A stretch of 32,000 nt of DNA from Candidatus Saccharimonadota bacterium (GTDB lineage Bacteria; Pseudomonadota; Gammaproteobacteria; Enterobacterales; Enterobacteriaceae_A): NCBI GenBank assembly GCA_030849405.1, contig CP116499.1:120001-152000 (forward strand). Reading direction: 5' to 3'. The notes beneath the pieces were generated by a model, which had not been told where the DNA came from, did no database searches, and saw nothing but the letters and a program-made list of their open reading frames with translations. The position numbers and the translations under genes were made by a program. This document shows positions 1 to 10,216 of the stretch, one piece after another; the first letter of the stretch is position 1; every line of letters begins with the position of its first letter.

Positions 1-252
1 GGAGCACAAGGTATTAAAATTGAATTAAATGGTAGAATTGGTGGTGTTGAAATTGCTAGAACTGAATGGAATAGAGAAGGTAGAGTACCATTACATACTT
101 TAAGGGCTAATATTGATTATAATACGTCTACAGCAAATACTACTTATGGAATTATAGGAATTAAAATTTGGGTTTTTAAAGGTGAAATATTAAATAATAA
201 AAATTTCATAAAACAAAAAATATTTAAACTTCTTGATTATAATATTAAATAA
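1..252 (+). CDS. rpsC: 30S ribosomal protein S3, C-terminal fragment (5' end lies outside the window)
   Basis: Frame 1 is open from base 1 to TAA at 250-252. It translates to [62 protein letters not shown], which matches the conserved S3 C-terminal region. It lies directly upstream of rplP, as in the S10 operon. Confidence 0.95.
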   Translation, partial: GAQGIKIELNGRIGGVEIARTEWNREGRVPLHTLRANIDYNTSTANTTYGIIGIKIWVFKGEILNNKNFIKQKIFKLLDYNIK

Positions 253-278
253 AATAAATTTAATATGGATATTTTAAA

Positions 279-704
279 ATGTTACAACCTAAAAAAACCA
301 AATTTAGAAAAATACAAAAAGGACGTAATAGAGGAATAGTAAATAATAATATTAAATTTGGAATTTTTGGTTTAAAATCTATTGAACATGGAAGATTAAC
401 TTCTAAACAAATTGAATCTGCACGTAGATCAATAAAGCGTATAATTAGAAAACAAGGTAAAGTTTGGATTTGTATATTTCCTGATAAACCTATAACTAAA
501 AAACCTTTAGAAGTAAGAATGGGTAAAGGAAAAGGAAATGTAGAATTTTGGGTTTCTTTAATTAAACCTGGTACAATTTTATATGAAATTAATGTAATAT
601 CAGAAAAAATAGCTCGTGAAGCATTTAAACAAGCTTCAAATAAATTACCTATTAAAACTATATTTTTAAAAAAAAGAGAAATTTATGAAATTAAAAAATA
701 TTAA
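279..704 (+). CDS. rplP: 50S ribosomal protein L16
   Basis: [11 protein letters not shown]...[13 protein letters not shown] is near-identical in pattern to E. coli L16 (MLQPKRTKFRK...[13 protein letters not shown]). The C-terminus runs a few residues longer and overlaps rpmC by 20 nt. Confidence 0.98.
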   Translation: MLQPKKTKFRKIQKGRNRGIVNNNIKFGIFGLKSIEHGRLTSKQIESARRSIKRIIRKQGKVWICIFPDKPITKKPLEVRMGKGKGNVEFWVSLIKPGTILYEINVISEKIAREAFKQASNKLPIKTIFLKKREIYEIKKY

Positions 705-879
705 AAAAAAAAATATAAATGAATTATATGGAATATTATATATTTTATTATATGAAAAATTTAATTTACGTATAAAATTAAGTAATAAAAAGTTAAAACA
801 TACTCATTTATTAAAAGAAAATCGTCGAGATATTGCTCGTATTAAAACTTTAATTATTAATAAAAGAGTTAACAAATGA
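685..879 (+). CDS. rpmC: 50S ribosomal protein L29
   Basis: The 64-aa product aligns with E. coli L29 (..EQFNLRMQ..HLLKQVRRDVARVKTLL..) as ..[26 protein letters not shown]... Position in the operon is conserved. Confidence 0.95.
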   Translation: MKLKNIKKKNINELYGILYILLYEKFNLRIKLSNKKLKHTHLLKENRRDIARIKTLIINKRVNK

Positions 880-1127
880 AAAAAAATAGAATTTTAAAAG
901 GTTGTGTAATTAGTAATAAAATGAAAAAATCTGTTGTTGTTATTATTAAACGTAAAATTAAACATTCTGTTTATAAAAAATATATTACATTAACTTCTAA
1001 ATTTTATGTTCATGATGAAAATAATAAATGTAATATTGGAGATATTATAACATTTAAAGAAACTAATCCAATATCTAAAACTAAATTTTGGATTTTAATT
1101 AAAATTATTAAAAAAAAAATTTATTAA
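876..1127 (+). CDS. rpsQ: 30S ribosomal protein S17
   Basis: ILKGCVISNKMKKSVVV...YVHDENNKCNIGDII..PISKTKFW aligns with E. coli S17 (LQGRVVSDKMEKSIVV...HVHDENNECGIGDVV..PLSKTKSW). There is a 4-nt ATGA overlap with rpmC. Confidence 0.96.
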   Translation: MKKNRILKGCVISNKMKKSVVVIIKRKIKHSVYKKYITLTSKFYVHDENNKCNIGDIITFKETNPISKTKFWILIKIIKKKIY

Positions 1128-1165
1128 AAAATTTGTTAATTTTATTTAATTTATTTGGAAATTAA

Positions 1166-1537
1166 ATGATACAAGAACAGACTGTATTAAATGTTGCTGA
1201 TAATTCAGGTGCACGTAAAGTTATGTGTATTAAAGTTTTAGGTGGTTCTCGTAAACGTTATGCAAATATTGGAGATATAATTAAAATTTCAATTAAAGAA
1301 ATAATATCCAATAATAAAGTTAAAAAAGGTGAAGTTTTAAAAGCTGTTATTGTAAGAACAAAAAAAGGTGTACGTCGTGTTGATGGATCAATTATACGTT
1401 TTGATAATAATGCATGTGTAATTTTAAATAATACAACATTACAACCTATAGGTACTAGAATTTTTGGACCTGTAACTAGAGAATTACGTAATGAAAAATT
1501 TATGAAAATTATTTCTTTAGCTCCAGAGGTAATTTAA
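1166..1537 (+). CDS. rplN: 50S ribosomal protein L14
   Basis: [28 protein letters not shown]...FGPVTRELR is the canonical L14 sequence. GGAA lies 8 nt upstream of the ATG. Confidence 0.98.
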   Translation: MIQEQTVLNVADNSGARKVMCIKVLGGSRKRYANIGDIIKISIKEIISNNKVKKGEVLKAVIVRTKKGVRRVDGSIIRFDNNACVILNNTTLQPIGTRIFGPVTRELRNEKFMKIISLAPEVI

Positions 1538-1538
1538 A

Positions 1539-1814
1539 ATGATAAATAAAATTAAAAAAAATGATAAAGTCATTATAATTTCAGGTAAAAATAAAGGTAA
1601 AATAGGTAAGGTTTATAAAATTATATCTAAAAGTAAAGTTTTTATAAAAGGTTTAAATTTATTTAAAAAACATCAAAAACCTATACCATCAATTAATCAA
1701 ATAGGAGGTATTTTTAAAAAAGAAAATTATATTCATATATCTAATATAATTAAATTTGATAAATATCATAATAAATTAAATAAAAAAAAATTAACTTTAA
1801 ATAAAAAATATTAA
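1539..1814 (+). CDS. rplX: 50S ribosomal protein L24 (shortened, 91 aa)
   Basis: The KOW-like motif IKKNDKVIIISGKNKGKIGKV matches L24 ([21 protein letters not shown]). It starts 1 nt after the rplN stop and keeps its operon position. Confidence 0.93.
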   Translation: MINKIKKNDKVIIISGKNKGKIGKVYKIISKSKVFIKGLNLFKKHQKPIPSINQIGGIFKKENYIHISNIIKFDKYHNKLNKKKLTLNKKY

Positions 1815-1850
1815 ATAACATTTAAATTATTAAATAGTTTTAAGGAAAAA

Positions 1851-2408
1851 ATGAAAAACTTACATTATTATTATAAAAATAAAGTTGTTTTTGCTTTATT
1901 TAAAAAATTTAAATATAAATCTTTAATGCAAGTACCTAAAATTATTAAAATTGTGTTAAATGTTGGTTTAGGTAATTTAGCATTTAATAAAAAAAAATTA
2001 AATATTATAATTAATAATTTAGCATCTATTTCTGGACAGAAACCTATAATAACTAAATCAAAAAAATCAATTGCTAGTTTTAAAATTAGACAAAATAATC
2101 CAATTGGATGTAAAGTTACATTAAGAAATAAAAAAATGTGGAATTTTTTTAAAAAATTGATTTTTATTGCTATCCCAAGAATTCGTGATTTTCGTGGTTT
2201 ATCATTAAATTCATTTGATGGTTATGGAAATTATAATATTGGTATTAAAGAACAAATTATTTTTCCTGAAATTGATTTTGAACAAATTGATCATATAAAA
2301 GGATTAAATATAACAATTGTTACTAATTCTTTATTTGATAATCAAGTATATAATTTATTGTCTTATTTTAATTTTCCTTTTAAAAAAATTGGTAATAAAT
2401 ATGGCTAA
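1851..2408 (+). CDS. rplE: 50S ribosomal protein L5
   Basis: [17 protein letters not shown]...[33 protein letters not shown]...PRIRDFRGL matches L5. An AAGGA Shine-Dalgarno (SD) motif lies upstream. The 3' end overlaps rpsN by 8 nt. Confidence 0.98.
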   Translation: MKNLHYYYKNKVVFALFKKFKYKSLMQVPKIIKIVLNVGLGNLAFNKKKLNIIINNLASISGQKPIITKSKKSIASFKIRQNNPIGCKVTLRNKKMWNFFKKLIFIAIPRIRDFRGLSLNSFDGYGNYNIGIKEQIIFPEIDFEQIDHIKGLNITIVTNSLFDNQVYNLLSYFNFPFKKIGNKYG

Positions 2409-2706
2409 AAAATCAATTAAAATTAGAGAAATTAAAAAAATAAAATTAATAAATAAATTTTTTTTAAAAAGAATTAAAATTAAAAAACAAATTAATAAAA
2501 CTCATTTTTCTTTTAATGAAAAATTAAACTATATTTTTAAATTGCAATCTTTACCTAGAAATTCAAGTTTTACAAGATATCATAATCGTTGTATTAGAAC
2601 AGGAAGAGCTCATGGTTATATTAATAAATTTGGTTTAAGTCGTATAAAATTTAGAGAATCTGCTATGTTAGGTGAAATTCCAGGTTTAAAAAAAGCGAGT
2701 TGGTGA
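2401..2706 (+). CDS. rpsN: 30S ribosomal protein S14
   Basis: The ATG at 2401 gives a 101-aa product, [13 protein letters not shown]...[24 protein letters not shown], colinear with E. coli S14 (101 aa, also ending KKASW). The track ORF start at 2317 is an artefactual upstream extension inside rplE. The stop codon is TGA. Confidence 0.96.
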   Translation: MAKKSIKIREIKKIKLINKFFLKRIKIKKQINKTHFSFNEKLNYIFKLQSLPRNSSFTRYHNRCIRTGRAHGYINKFGLSRIKFRESAMLGEIPGLKKASW

Positions 2707-2740
2707 TTTTATTTAAATTTAAAATATTATGGAGAAATTT

Positions 2741-3133
2741 ATGAGTTTACAAGATCCAATTTCTAATATGTTAACTTATATTAGAAATAGTCAAATTATT
2801 AAAAAAAAAAAAATAACAATACCATTTTCAAATATTAAAAAAGAAATTGCTAAAATTTTAAAACAAGAAGGTTATATAAAAAATTACAAAATTAAAATTA
2901 AAAATTTTAAAAAAATAGAATTAATATTAAAATACTTTAAAAATAAACCTGTTATTGAAAATATTACAAGAATAAGTAAACCTAGTTTACGTATATATAA
3001 AAAAAAAAAACATATACCAGTTGTTATGAATTATTTAGGGATAGCTATAATATCTACTTCAAAAGGTATAATGACTGATAGTTTAGCTAGAAAATTTGGA
3101 TTAGGTGGTGAAATTATTTGTTATGTTTATTAA
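2741..3133 (+). CDS. rpsH: 30S ribosomal protein S8
   Basis: MSLQDPISNMLTYIRN...GLGGEIICYV matches E. coli S8 (MSMQDPIADMLTRIRN...GLGGEIICYVA). I prefer the ATG at 2741 because the GGAG at 2731-2734 then acts as its SD. The upstream ATG at 2729 would add 4 non-conserved residues. Confidence 0.95.
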   Translation: MSLQDPISNMLTYIRNSQIIKKKKITIPFSNIKKEIAKILKQEGYIKNYKIKIKNFKKIELILKYFKNKPVIENITRISKPSLRIYKKKKHIPVVMNYLGIAIISTSKGIMTDSLARKFGLGGEIICYVY

Positions 3134-3143
3134 AGGAAATTAA

Positions 3144-3677
3144 ATGTCTCGTATTGCTAAAAAACCTATTTTAATACCTAAAAATGTTAAAATAAATATA
3201 TTTAAAAATATTATTAATATTAATGGTAAAAATGGAACATTAAAGTATATTATTCATAAAAATGTAATTATTAAAAAAGAAAAAAATTTTATTTTATTTT
3301 ATTCATATATAAATAATAAATATTCATGGTCTCTTGCTGGTACTACAAGATCTATTATTAATTCAATGATAATTGGTGTAAATATTGGTTTTAAAAAAAA
3401 ATTAAAATTAGTTGGTGTAGGTTATAAAGTTGATATTAAAAAAAATATTTTAATATTATCTTTAGGATTTTCACATTTTAAAAAATATATTTTACCTAAT
3501 GGTGTTAATGCAATTTGTTTAAATAAAAATGAAATTTTATTAAATAGTACTGATAAACAATTAATTGGTAGAGTTGCTGCTGAAATTAGATTGTTTCATG
3601 TACCTGATCCATATAAGGGTAAAGGAATACGTTATGAAAATGAAATTATTAAATTAAAAGAAACTAAAAAAAAATAA
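3144..3677 (+). CDS. rplF: 50S ribosomal protein L6
   Basis: MSRIAKKPI...LVGVGYK...LGFSH...PDPYKGKGIRYENE..KLKETKKK is colinear with E. coli L6. An AAGGA SD lies upstream. Confidence 0.97.
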   Translation: MSRIAKKPILIPKNVKINIFKNIININGKNGTLKYIIHKNVIIKKEKNFILFYSYINNKYSWSLAGTTRSIINSMIIGVNIGFKKKLKLVGVGYKVDIKKNILILSLGFSHFKKYILPNGVNAICLNKNEILLNSTDKQLIGRVAAEIRLFHVPDPYKGKGIRYENEIIKLKETKKK

Positions 3678-3686
3678 GAGTTTATA

Positions 3687-4034
3687 ATGTTTAAAAAAAA
3701 ACAACGTTTAAAAAGAATAAAATTTTTACGTATTAAAATTAAAAAAATAAAAGTTATTAGATTAGTAATATATCGTACTTTATTAAATATATATGCACAA
3801 ATAATTTTTAATAATAATACATTATTTTCTATTTCTACATTAAATAAAAAATTTATTAATATTTATAATTATTCAGGTAATAAATATGCAGCTTCAATAA
3901 TTGGAAATATTATAGGTAAATTTTGTATTAATAAAGGTATAAAAAAAGTAATATTTGATAGATCTGGTTATAAATATCATGGTAGAATTAAAGCATTAGC
4001 TGAATCAGCTCGTGAAACTGGTTTAATTTTTTAA
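3687..4034 (+). CDS. rplR: 50S ribosomal protein L18
   Basis: RLVIYRT..NIYAQII...FDRSGYKYHGRIKALAESARETGLIF matches L18 (RLVVHRTPRHIYAQVI...[26 protein letters not shown]). Confidence 0.96.
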   Translation: MFKKKQRLKRIKFLRIKIKKIKVIRLVIYRTLLNIYAQIIFNNNTLFSISTLNKKFINIYNYSGNKYAASIIGNIIGKFCINKGIKKVIFDRSGYKYHGRIKALAESARETGLIF

Positions 4035-4045
4035 GGATTTAATCA

Positions 4046-4543
4046 TTGTATATTAAAAAAACTATTGAATTTCAAGAAAAATTAATAAATATTAATAGAG
4101 TTTCAAAAACTGTAAAAGGTGGTAGAATTTTTAGTTTTACTGCTTTAACTGTTATAGGAAATGGAAAAGGTAAATTAGGATTTGGATATGGTAAATCTAA
4201 AGAAGTTCCTTTAGCTATTAAAAAATCAATTGAGAAAGCTAAACGTAATATTATTAATATTTCATTAAAAAAAAAAACCTTATATCATTCTATTAAAAAT
4301 AAATATAAAAGATCATTTGTATTTATGAAACCAGCTTCAGATGGTACTGGTATTATTGCAGGAGGTGCTATGAGATCAGTATTTGAAGTTGTTGGTATAC
4401 ATAATGTTTTAGCTAAAACTTATAATTCAACTAATCCTATAAATATAGTTAAAGCTACTATTAAAGCATTATCAAATATAAATACATTAAAAGATATTTC
4501 AGATAAAAGAGGTAAAACAACTTTAGATATTTGGAGAAATTAA
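4046..4543 (+). CDS. rpsE: 30S ribosomal protein S5 (TTG start)
   Basis: [43 protein letters not shown]...[11 protein letters not shown] matches S5. Bases 4046-4048 are TTG, preceded by an AAGGA SD at 4033-4037. Confidence 0.96.
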   Translation: MYIKKTIEFQEKLININRVSKTVKGGRIFSFTALTVIGNGKGKLGFGYGKSKEVPLAIKKSIEKAKRNIINISLKKKTLYHSIKNKYKRSFVFMKPASDGTGIIAGGAMRSVFEVVGIHNVLAKTYNSTNPINIVKATIKALSNINTLKDISDKRGKTTLDIWRN

Positions 4544-4544
4544 A

Positions 4545-4724
4545 ATGTATAAAATTCTTAAAATTAAACAAATTAGAAGTTCTATAGGAATTAAACCAAA
4601 ACATAAAATTATTTTAAAAAATTTAGGTTTAGGTAAAATTAATAAAATTATTAAAATTAAAAAAACTAAATCTACATATGGAATGATTAAAATTATTTAT
4701 TATATGATTAATATTCAGGATTAA
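4545..4724 (+). CDS. rpmD: 50S ribosomal protein L30 (59 aa; absent from the supplied ORF track)
   Basis: Manual translation from the ATG at 4545 gives [59 protein letters not shown]. This is colinear with, and the same length as, E. coli L30 ([34 protein letters not shown]...). It sits in the expected slot between rpsE and rplO, with a GGAG SD inside the rpsE 3' end. Confidence 0.9.
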   Translation: MYKILKIKQIRSSIGIKPKHKIILKNLGLGKINKIIKIKKTKSTYGMIKIIYYMINIQD

Positions 4725-4728
4725 AATT

Positions 4729-5178
4729 ATGTATTTAAATAATTTAAATTCAACTAATAAATGTAAATTCTATAAAAAACGTTTAGGTAGAGGAATAGGT
4801 TCTGGTTTAGGAAAAACGTGTGGTAGAGGACATAAAGGACAAAAAAGTCGTTCTGGTAATAATATTAAAAGAGGATTTGAAGGTGGTCAAACGCCATTAT
4901 ATAAACGTATACCTAAATTTGGTTTTATATCTAAAAAAAAAAAATATAAAAAAGAAATACGTTTATATGAATTAAATAAAATTAAAGAAAATTATATTAA
5001 TTTAAATATTTTAAAGAAATATAGATTTATTAAACAAAAAAAAAAATTTATTAAAATTATATTAACTGGTGTACTTAATAAAAATATTAATATTATAAAT
5101 TTTTTAATTACTAAAGGTGTTAAGTTTTTAATTAAAAAAAAAAAAAATAAGGATAAAATATATGAAACAAATATTTAA
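4729..5178 (+). CDS. rplO: 50S ribosomal protein L15
   Basis: [27 protein letters not shown]...[19 protein letters not shown] matches L15. The 3' end contains an A14 run and overlaps secY by 17 nt. Confidence 0.97.
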   Translation: MYLNNLNSTNKCKFYKKRLGRGIGSGLGKTCGRGHKGQKSRSGNNIKRGFEGGQTPLYKRIPKFGFISKKKKYKKEIRLYELNKIKENYINLNILKKYRFIKQKKKFIKIILTGVLNKNINIINFLITKGVKFLIKKKKNKDKIYETNI

Positions 5179-6460
5179 TAATTATAAAAATAGTTTTTAT
5201 TATTTAAAATATAAAATATTGTTTCTTATTTGTGTTTTAATTATATTTAGAATAGGATCTTTTATACCTATATTAGGAATTGATTTTAATATTTTAAATA
5301 ATTTTTTTATTAAAAATAATAATAATATTACTGAAATGTTAAATATTTTTTCAGGAGGTGGTTTAAGTCGTATTTCAATATTTTCATTAGGTTTAATTCC
5401 TTACATATCTGCTTCTATTATTATTCAAATAATTAATTTTATTTATCCAAAATTAATTAAAAATAATAAAGAAATAAATAATAATACAAATAAAATTATT
5501 AAATATACTACATTTTTATTTTCAATATTTCAATCTATTATTATTTTAATTAATTTTAATAAAATATTTCAATTTAATAATTTAATTATAAATTATAATA
5601 AATTATTTTATTTAATTTTTATTATTAATTTAATAACTGGTTCAATGATATTAATGTGGTTAGGTGAAAAAATTACCGAAAAGGGTTTTTGTAATGGTAT
5701 TTCAATAATTATGTGTATTGGTATATTAATTAATTTTCCATTATATATAAATAATATTTTATTAAATAAAGAAATTTATAATTTTATTTTTCTTAAAATA
5801 ATTTTATTTTTATTATTATTATTTTTAATTATTTTTTTTATTGTTTTTATTGAATGTTCACAAAGAAAAATTTTTTTAAACCATCAACAAAAAAAAAATA
5901 AATTTAAATTTTATTCTACACAAAATATTTATTTACCTATTAAAATAAATATATCTGGTGTAATTCCTGTAATTTTTTCTTCTAGTGTTGTTCTTTTTAT
6001 TACAAATATAATATCTTTAATAATTAAAATATTTGATAAATATACAATAATTAAAAAAATTATTTTATGTTTACAACCTGGAAATATTATTTATATTATT
6101 TTATATATTAATTTTATTATTTTATTTAGTTTTTTTGGTTTAAATTTATTTTTTAATTCTAAAGAAACTGCAGATAATTTAAAAAAAACAAATACATTTA
6201 TATATGGTATAAGACCTGGAAATAAAACAAAAGAATATATTAATAGTGTTGTTATACGTTTAAATAATTTAGGTATAATATATATATTATTTATTTGTTT
6301 AATACCAGAAATATTTAATAAAATAATTGGAAGTCCATATTATTTATGTGGAACTTCAATATTAATTGTTACTTTAGTTATAATAGAATTTATATCACAA
6401 ATACAAACATTATTAATTGAAAAACAATATAATTCAATATTTAAAAAAAATAATTTTTAA
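5162..6460 (+). CDS. secY: Protein translocase subunit SecY
   Basis: [13 protein letters not shown]...[27 protein letters not shown]...[19 protein letters not shown]...TADNLKK...IRPG...GTSILIV is colinear with E. coli SecY. An AAGGA SD lies 7 nt upstream. Position between rplO and rpmJ is conserved. Confidence 0.97.
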   Translation: MKQIFNNYKNSFYYLKYKILFLICVLIIFRIGSFIPILGIDFNILNNFFIKNNNNITEMLNIFSGGGLSRISIFSLGLIPYISASIIIQIINFIYPKLIKNNKEINNNTNKIIKYTTFLFSIFQSIIILINFNKIFQFNNLIINYNKLFYLIFIINLITGSMILMWLGEKITEKGFCNGISIIMCIGILINFPLYINNILLNKEIYNFIFLKIILFLLLLFLIIFFIVFIECSQRKIFLNHQQKKNKFKFYSTQNIYLPIKINISGVIPVIFSSSVVLFITNIISLIIKIFDKYTIIKKIILCLQPGNIIYIILYINFIILFSFFGLNLFFNSKETADNLKKTNTFIYGIRPGNKTKEYINSVVIRLNNLGIIYILFICLIPEIFNKIIGSPYYLCGTSILIVTLVIIEFISQIQTLLIEKQYNSIFKKNNF

Positions 6461-6493
6461 TTATAAATTAATAATTTTTAGATTAAGATGATT

Positions 6494-6610
6494 ATGAAAG
6501 TTAAAACTGCAATTAAAAAAATTTGTAGAAATTGTAAAATTATTAAAAGAAATAGAATAATTCGTATTGTATGTAGTTTTTCATTAAAACATAAACAAAG
6601 ACAAGGTTAA
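6494..6610 (+). CDS. rpmJ: 50S ribosomal protein L36 (38 aa; absent from the supplied ORF track)
   Basis: Manual translation gives [38 protein letters not shown], versus E. coli [38 protein letters not shown]. Length is the same and the Cys/His Zn-ribbon positions are conserved. An in-frame ATG two codons upstream (6488) is an alternative start. Confidence 0.92.
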   Translation: MKVKTAIKKICRNCKIIKRNRIIRIVCSFSLKHKQRQG

Positions 6611-6656
6611 TTATTAAAATTATTTTTAAAATTTATTTATTTTTAAAGGAAAAATA

Positions 6657-7010
6657 ATGCGTATATCAGGAGTTAATATTTCAGAAAACAAGAATATATT
6701 AATAGCATTAACTAAAATTTATGGTATAGGTAAATCTAGAGCTAAAAATATATGTTTAGCAGCTAATATTAATCAAAATATTAAAATAAAATATTTAAAA
6801 AATAAACAAATTGATTTTATTAGAGAATATATATCAAAATTTATTTTAGAAGGTGATTTACGTAGAGAAATTAAATTAAATATTAAAAGATTAATTGATA
6901 TAAATTGTTATAGGGGTATAAGACATAAAAAAAAATTACCTGTTAGAGGTCAAAGAACTAAAACTAATGCAAGAACTTCTAAAGGTCCAAGAAAATTAAT
7001 TAAAAAATAA
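6657..7010 (+). CDS. rpsM: 30S ribosomal protein S13
   Basis: MRISGVNI...[14 protein letters not shown]...[47 protein letters not shown] matches S13. An AAGGA SD lies upstream. Confidence 0.98.
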   Translation: MRISGVNISENKNILIALTKIYGIGKSRAKNICLAANINQNIKIKYLKNKQIDFIREYISKFILEGDLRREIKLNIKRLIDINCYRGIRHKKKLPVRGQRTKTNARTSKGPRKLIKK

Positions 7011-7021
7011 TTGGAGAAAAA

Positions 7022-7477
7022 ATGAATAAAAACATTATTAAAAAAAAAAAAATTATTAAAAAAAAAATTAATAATAAAATTAAAAATAATAAAAATATTA
7101 AAATTATTAAAAAAAAAAATATTAAAAAAAATATTTTAGATGGTATAGTTCATATAAATGCTACATTTAATAATACTATAATTTCTATTTCAGATATTAA
7201 AGGAAATATTTTAATATCAACAAGTTCTGGTGCAGTAGGATTTAAAGGTACAAAAAAATCAACACCATTTTCAGCACAAATAGCTGCTGAAAAAATAGCT
7301 ATTTTTGCTAAAAAATTTGGAATTAAAAATTTAGAATTTAAAATAAAAGGTCCTGGACCTGGTAGAGAATCAGCTATTAGATCTTTTAATAATTTAGGTT
7401 TTAATATAATAAGTATTATAGATGTTACTCCTATTCCACATAATGGTTGTAGACCTCCTAAAAAAAGACGTGTTTAA
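7022..7477 (+). CDS. rpsK: 30S ribosomal protein S11 with an extended low-complexity N-terminus
   Basis: [19 protein letters not shown]...[13 protein letters not shown]...[16 protein letters not shown] matches E. coli S11. A GGAG SD lies upstream. The N-terminus has about 22 extra K/N/I residues compared with the E. coli protein. Confidence 0.96.
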   Translation: MNKNIIKKKKIIKKKINNKIKNNKNIKIIKKKNIKKNILDGIVHINATFNNTIISISDIKGNILISTSSGAVGFKGTKKSTPFSAQIAAEKIAIFAKKFGIKNLEFKIKGPGPGRESAIRSFNNLGFNIISIIDVTPIPHNGCRPPKKRRV

Positions 7478-7501
7478 ATTTTTAAAATTTAAGGATATAA
7501 T

Positions 7502-8122
7502 ATGGCTAAATTTTTAGGTCCAAAATTAAAATTAAGTAGACGTGAAAATTTTGATTTATATTTAAAATCTGGAATTAAAGATATTAATTTGAAATGTAAT
7601 ATTAAAAAATTACCTGGACAAGTTAATTTAAACAAAATACGTTTATCTGATTATGCTTTGCAATTACGTGAAAAACAAAAAGTACGTCGTATTTATGGTA
7701 TTTTAGAAAAACAATTTAAAAATTATTATAAAAAAGCAAATCGTTTAAAAGGTAGTACTAGTATTAATTTATTACAATTACTTGAACTTAGATTAGATAA
7801 TATTATCTATCGTATGGGATTTAGTTCTACTCGTTCTGAAGCTAAACAACTTATTAGTCATAAATTAATTTTAATAAATAATAAAATTGTTAATATTCCA
7901 TCATATAAAGTTTTATTAAATGATATTATAAAAGTAAATAATAAATTTATAAATCATAATATTATAAATTTTGCTATTAAAATGTTTAAAAAAAGAGATA
8001 AACCTAATTGGTTAAATGTTGATCATAATATTTTACAAGGTTATTTATTAAGATTACCTAAAAGATCAGATATATATTTTAATATTAATGAACAATTAAT
8101 AATAGAATTATATTCTAAATAA
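7502..8122 (+). CDS. rpsD: 30S ribosomal protein S4
   Basis: MAKFLGPKLKLSRRE..DL...SDYALQLREKQKVRRIYGILEKQF..YYK.A...KG.T..NLLQLLE.RLDN..YRMGF..TR.EA.QL..H matches S4. An AAGGA SD lies upstream. Confidence 0.98.
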   Translation: MAKFLGPKLKLSRRENFDLYLKSGIKDINLKCNIKKLPGQVNLNKIRLSDYALQLREKQKVRRIYGILEKQFKNYYKKANRLKGSTSINLLQLLELRLDNIIYRMGFSSTRSEAKQLISHKLILINNKIVNIPSYKVLLNDIIKVNNKFINHNIINFAIKMFKKRDKPNWLNVDHNILQGYLLRLPKRSDIYFNINEQLIIELYSK

Positions 8123-8270
8123 ATAACTTAAAATTAATTATTAATATTCATCTTTTCATTTATAACTTTTCTATTGTGTTTTTTTTTTTTTAATATATAA
8201 TTAATTTAATTATAAAATTTATAATTTTTTATAATTTTATAAATTTAATAACCTTATATAAGAGTAATTT

Positions 8271-9278
8271 ATGAAAAAAAAAATTTTCTCATTTTTTTAT
8301 ATAAAAATATTAAAACCTAAAATAAAAAAAATTGAGCAATTAAATTCTATTTGTAGTAAAATAGTTTTAGAACCACTTGAAAAAGGATTTGGACAAACAT
8401 TCGGTAATTCAATAAGACGTGTTTTACTTTCTTTAATACCTGGGTGTGCAGTAACTGAAATTAAAATTAATGGTATATTACATGAATATAGTACTATAAA
8501 AGGTATAAAAGAAAGTGTATTAGAATTAATATTAAATTTAAAACCTTTATCTATAAATATAATAAATAGTAATACAGCTTATGTAAAAATTAAAAAAAAT
8601 GGATATTGTAATTTAACTGGATACGATATTATGAAAAATAACAAAAATGTTAAAATTTTTAATCCAAATCATATTATATGTCATTTAACACATTGTAAAT
8701 CAAAAATAGAAATTACTATGAAAATTGAAAGAGGTAGAGGTTATTTTCCAGCATTTTTAAGAAAAGATAAAAAAGAAATAGGTAAAATTATATTAGATGC
8801 TTATTTTAATCCAGTAAAATATGTTTCATATAATGTTAAACCTACAGTTTTTGAAAATAGAGAAAATTTAGATAGTTTAACTATTATAATAGAAACTAAT
8901 GGATCAATTAAACCAGAAGTAGCATTTAGAACTTCATCAACAATTTTAGCAGAACAATTTTCAGTTTTTATGGATCCAAATAATATTACTAAATCTGAAA
9001 TAAAATTTGAAAAACCAAAAATAAATCCTATATTATTAAGACATGTTGAAGAATTAGAATTAACTGTTCGTTCATCTAATTGTTTAAAATCAGAAGCTAT
9101 ACATTATATTGGTGATTTAGTACAATGTACTGAAGTAGAACTTTTAAAAACTCCAAATTTAGGAAAAAAATCTCTTTCTGAAATTAAAGAAATATTAAAT
9201 TCACATGGTTTATCTTTAGGTATGAGAATAGAAAATTGGCCGCCTTCAAAAAAATATGGAATTAAAAAAAAAAAATAA
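8271..9278 (+). CDS. rpoA: DNA-directed RNA polymerase subunit alpha
   Basis: [46 protein letters not shown]...[63 protein letters not shown] is colinear with E. coli RpoA, including the C-terminal domain. Confidence 0.98.
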   Translation: MKKKIFSFFYIKILKPKIKKIEQLNSICSKIVLEPLEKGFGQTFGNSIRRVLLSLIPGCAVTEIKINGILHEYSTIKGIKESVLELILNLKPLSINIINSNTAYVKIKKNGYCNLTGYDIMKNNKNVKIFNPNHIICHLTHCKSKIEITMKIERGRGYFPAFLRKDKKEIGKIILDAYFNPVKYVSYNVKPTVFENRENLDSLTIIIETNGSIKPEVAFRTSSTILAEQFSVFMDPNNITKSEIKFEKPKINPILLRHVEELELTVRSSNCLKSEAIHYIGDLVQCTEVELLKTPNLGKKSLSEIKEILNSHGLSLGMRIENWPPSKKYGIKKKK

Positions 9279-9305
9279 TAATTATAATTTTAAAAAGGTT
9301 AAATT

Positions 9306-9674
9306 ATGAGGCATAAAAAAAGTGGTAAATTATTAAATAGAAATAGTAGTCATCGTAAATTAATGTTTCGTAATATGATTTGTTCATTAATAAATCATGA
9401 AATTATTAAAACAACTTTAGTAAAAGCAAAAGAATTAAAACGTTTTATTGAACCTATAATTACAATTTCAAAAAAAGATATAATAAAAAATAGACGTTTA
9501 GTTTTTATGAAAATTAGAAATAATAAAATTATAAACAAATTATTTACTAAAATTGCTCCAATTTATTTAAAAAGACACGGTGGTTATACTAGAATATTAA
9601 AATGTGGTTTTAGAAAAGGAGATAATGCATTAATGGCATATATAGAATTAGTTGATAGAAATAAAAATTATTAA
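9306..9674 (+). CDS. rplQ: 50S ribosomal protein L17
   Basis: [24 protein letters not shown]...[20 protein letters not shown]...[27 protein letters not shown] matches L17. Confidence 0.98.
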   Translation: MRHKKSGKLLNRNSSHRKLMFRNMICSLINHEIIKTTLVKAKELKRFIEPIITISKKDIIKNRRLVFMKIRNNKIINKLFTKIAPIYLKRHGGYTRILKCGFRKGDNALMAYIELVDRNKNY

Positions 9675-9758
9675 TTTATAAATATTAATATTTTTAATAA
9701 ATATAATAAATATTTTAACATTTTATTTTATTTATAATATAATTAAAATATTATTTTT

Positions 9759-9830
9759 TGTCCCCTAGGGGGTTTGAACCCCTGTTGCCGCCGTGAAAGG
9801 GCAGTGTCCTAACCTCTAGACGAAGGGGAC
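9759..9830 (-). tRNA. tRNA-Glu (anticodon UUC); no encoded CCA
   Basis: The reverse complement GTCCCCTTCGTCTAGAGGTTAGGACACTGCCCTTTCACGGCGGCAACAGGGGTTCAAACCCCCTAGGGGACA is nearly identical to E. coli tRNA-Glu. It folds with a 7-bp acceptor stem (GTCCCCT/AGGGGAC), an anticodon stem CTGCC/GGCGG, loop CTTTCAC and T-arm AGGGG/CCCCT. It is a GC-rich island in AT-only surroundings. Confidence 0.95.
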
Positions 9831-9958
9831 ATTAAAATAAATATATTTTATATTTTAAAAATTAAGTTTTAAATTTTATTAGTTTTGATATTTAATAATT
9901 TAAATATTTTATTTTAATAAAATTTAAAATATTTATAATAATTTATTAATTTTAAAAA

Positions 9959-10159
9959 ATGAAAACTAATATACATCCAAAATATAAAAAAATTAATTTT
10001 ACTTGTTCTTGTGGAAATGTAATTGAAGTTTTTTCTATTATATGTAAAAATAAAAAATTAGATATTTGTAATAATTGTCACCCTTTTTATACTGGTGAAC
10101 AAAGAGAAGATATATCTGGAGGAAGAATTAGTATATTTAACAAACGTTTTAAAACATAA
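9959..10159 (+). CDS. rpmE: 50S ribosomal protein L31
   Basis: [24 protein letters not shown]......[16 protein letters not shown]....GGRI..FNKRF matches E. coli L31 ([24 protein letters not shown]...LDVCSKCHPFFTGKQR..GGRVDRFNKRF). The Zn-binding Cys motif is retained. Confidence 0.95.
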   Translation: MKTNIHPKYKKINFTCSCGNVIEVFSIICKNKKLDICNNCHPFYTGEQREDISGGRISIFNKRFKT

Positions 10160-10177
10160 ATAATTAAATTTTTAAAC

Positions 10178-10205
10178 TCATGTAAGGTATAAATACCTTA
10201 CATGA
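10178..10205. terminator. Candidate bidirectional intrinsic terminator hairpin between convergent rpmE and hslU
   Basis: There is a perfect 12-bp stem, TCATGTAAGGTA (10178-10189) paired with TACCTTACATGA (10194-10205), and a 4-nt loop TAAA. It lies 18 nt after the rpmE stop and 11 nt after the hslU stop. Short A/T runs flank it on both sides, but the U-tracts are weak. Confidence 0.45.
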
Positions 10206-10216
10206 ATTTAAAAAAA

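Noticed and set aside
2317-2400. Upstream 28-codon extension of the rpsN ORF in the track (start at 2317)
   Set aside because: The extension lies inside rplE in another frame and encodes non-conserved hydrophobic residues. The ATG at 2401 gives a 101-aa S14 colinear with the E. coli protein from its first residues (MAK...).
9675-9958. Additional small genes or RNAs flanking tRNA-Glu between rplQ and rpmE
   Set aside because: Apart from the tRNA itself, the flanks are pure A/T low complexity. The AAATATTAATATTT palindrome at 9681-9694 is A/T-only and of a kind expected by chance. No ORF or structured element is supportable.
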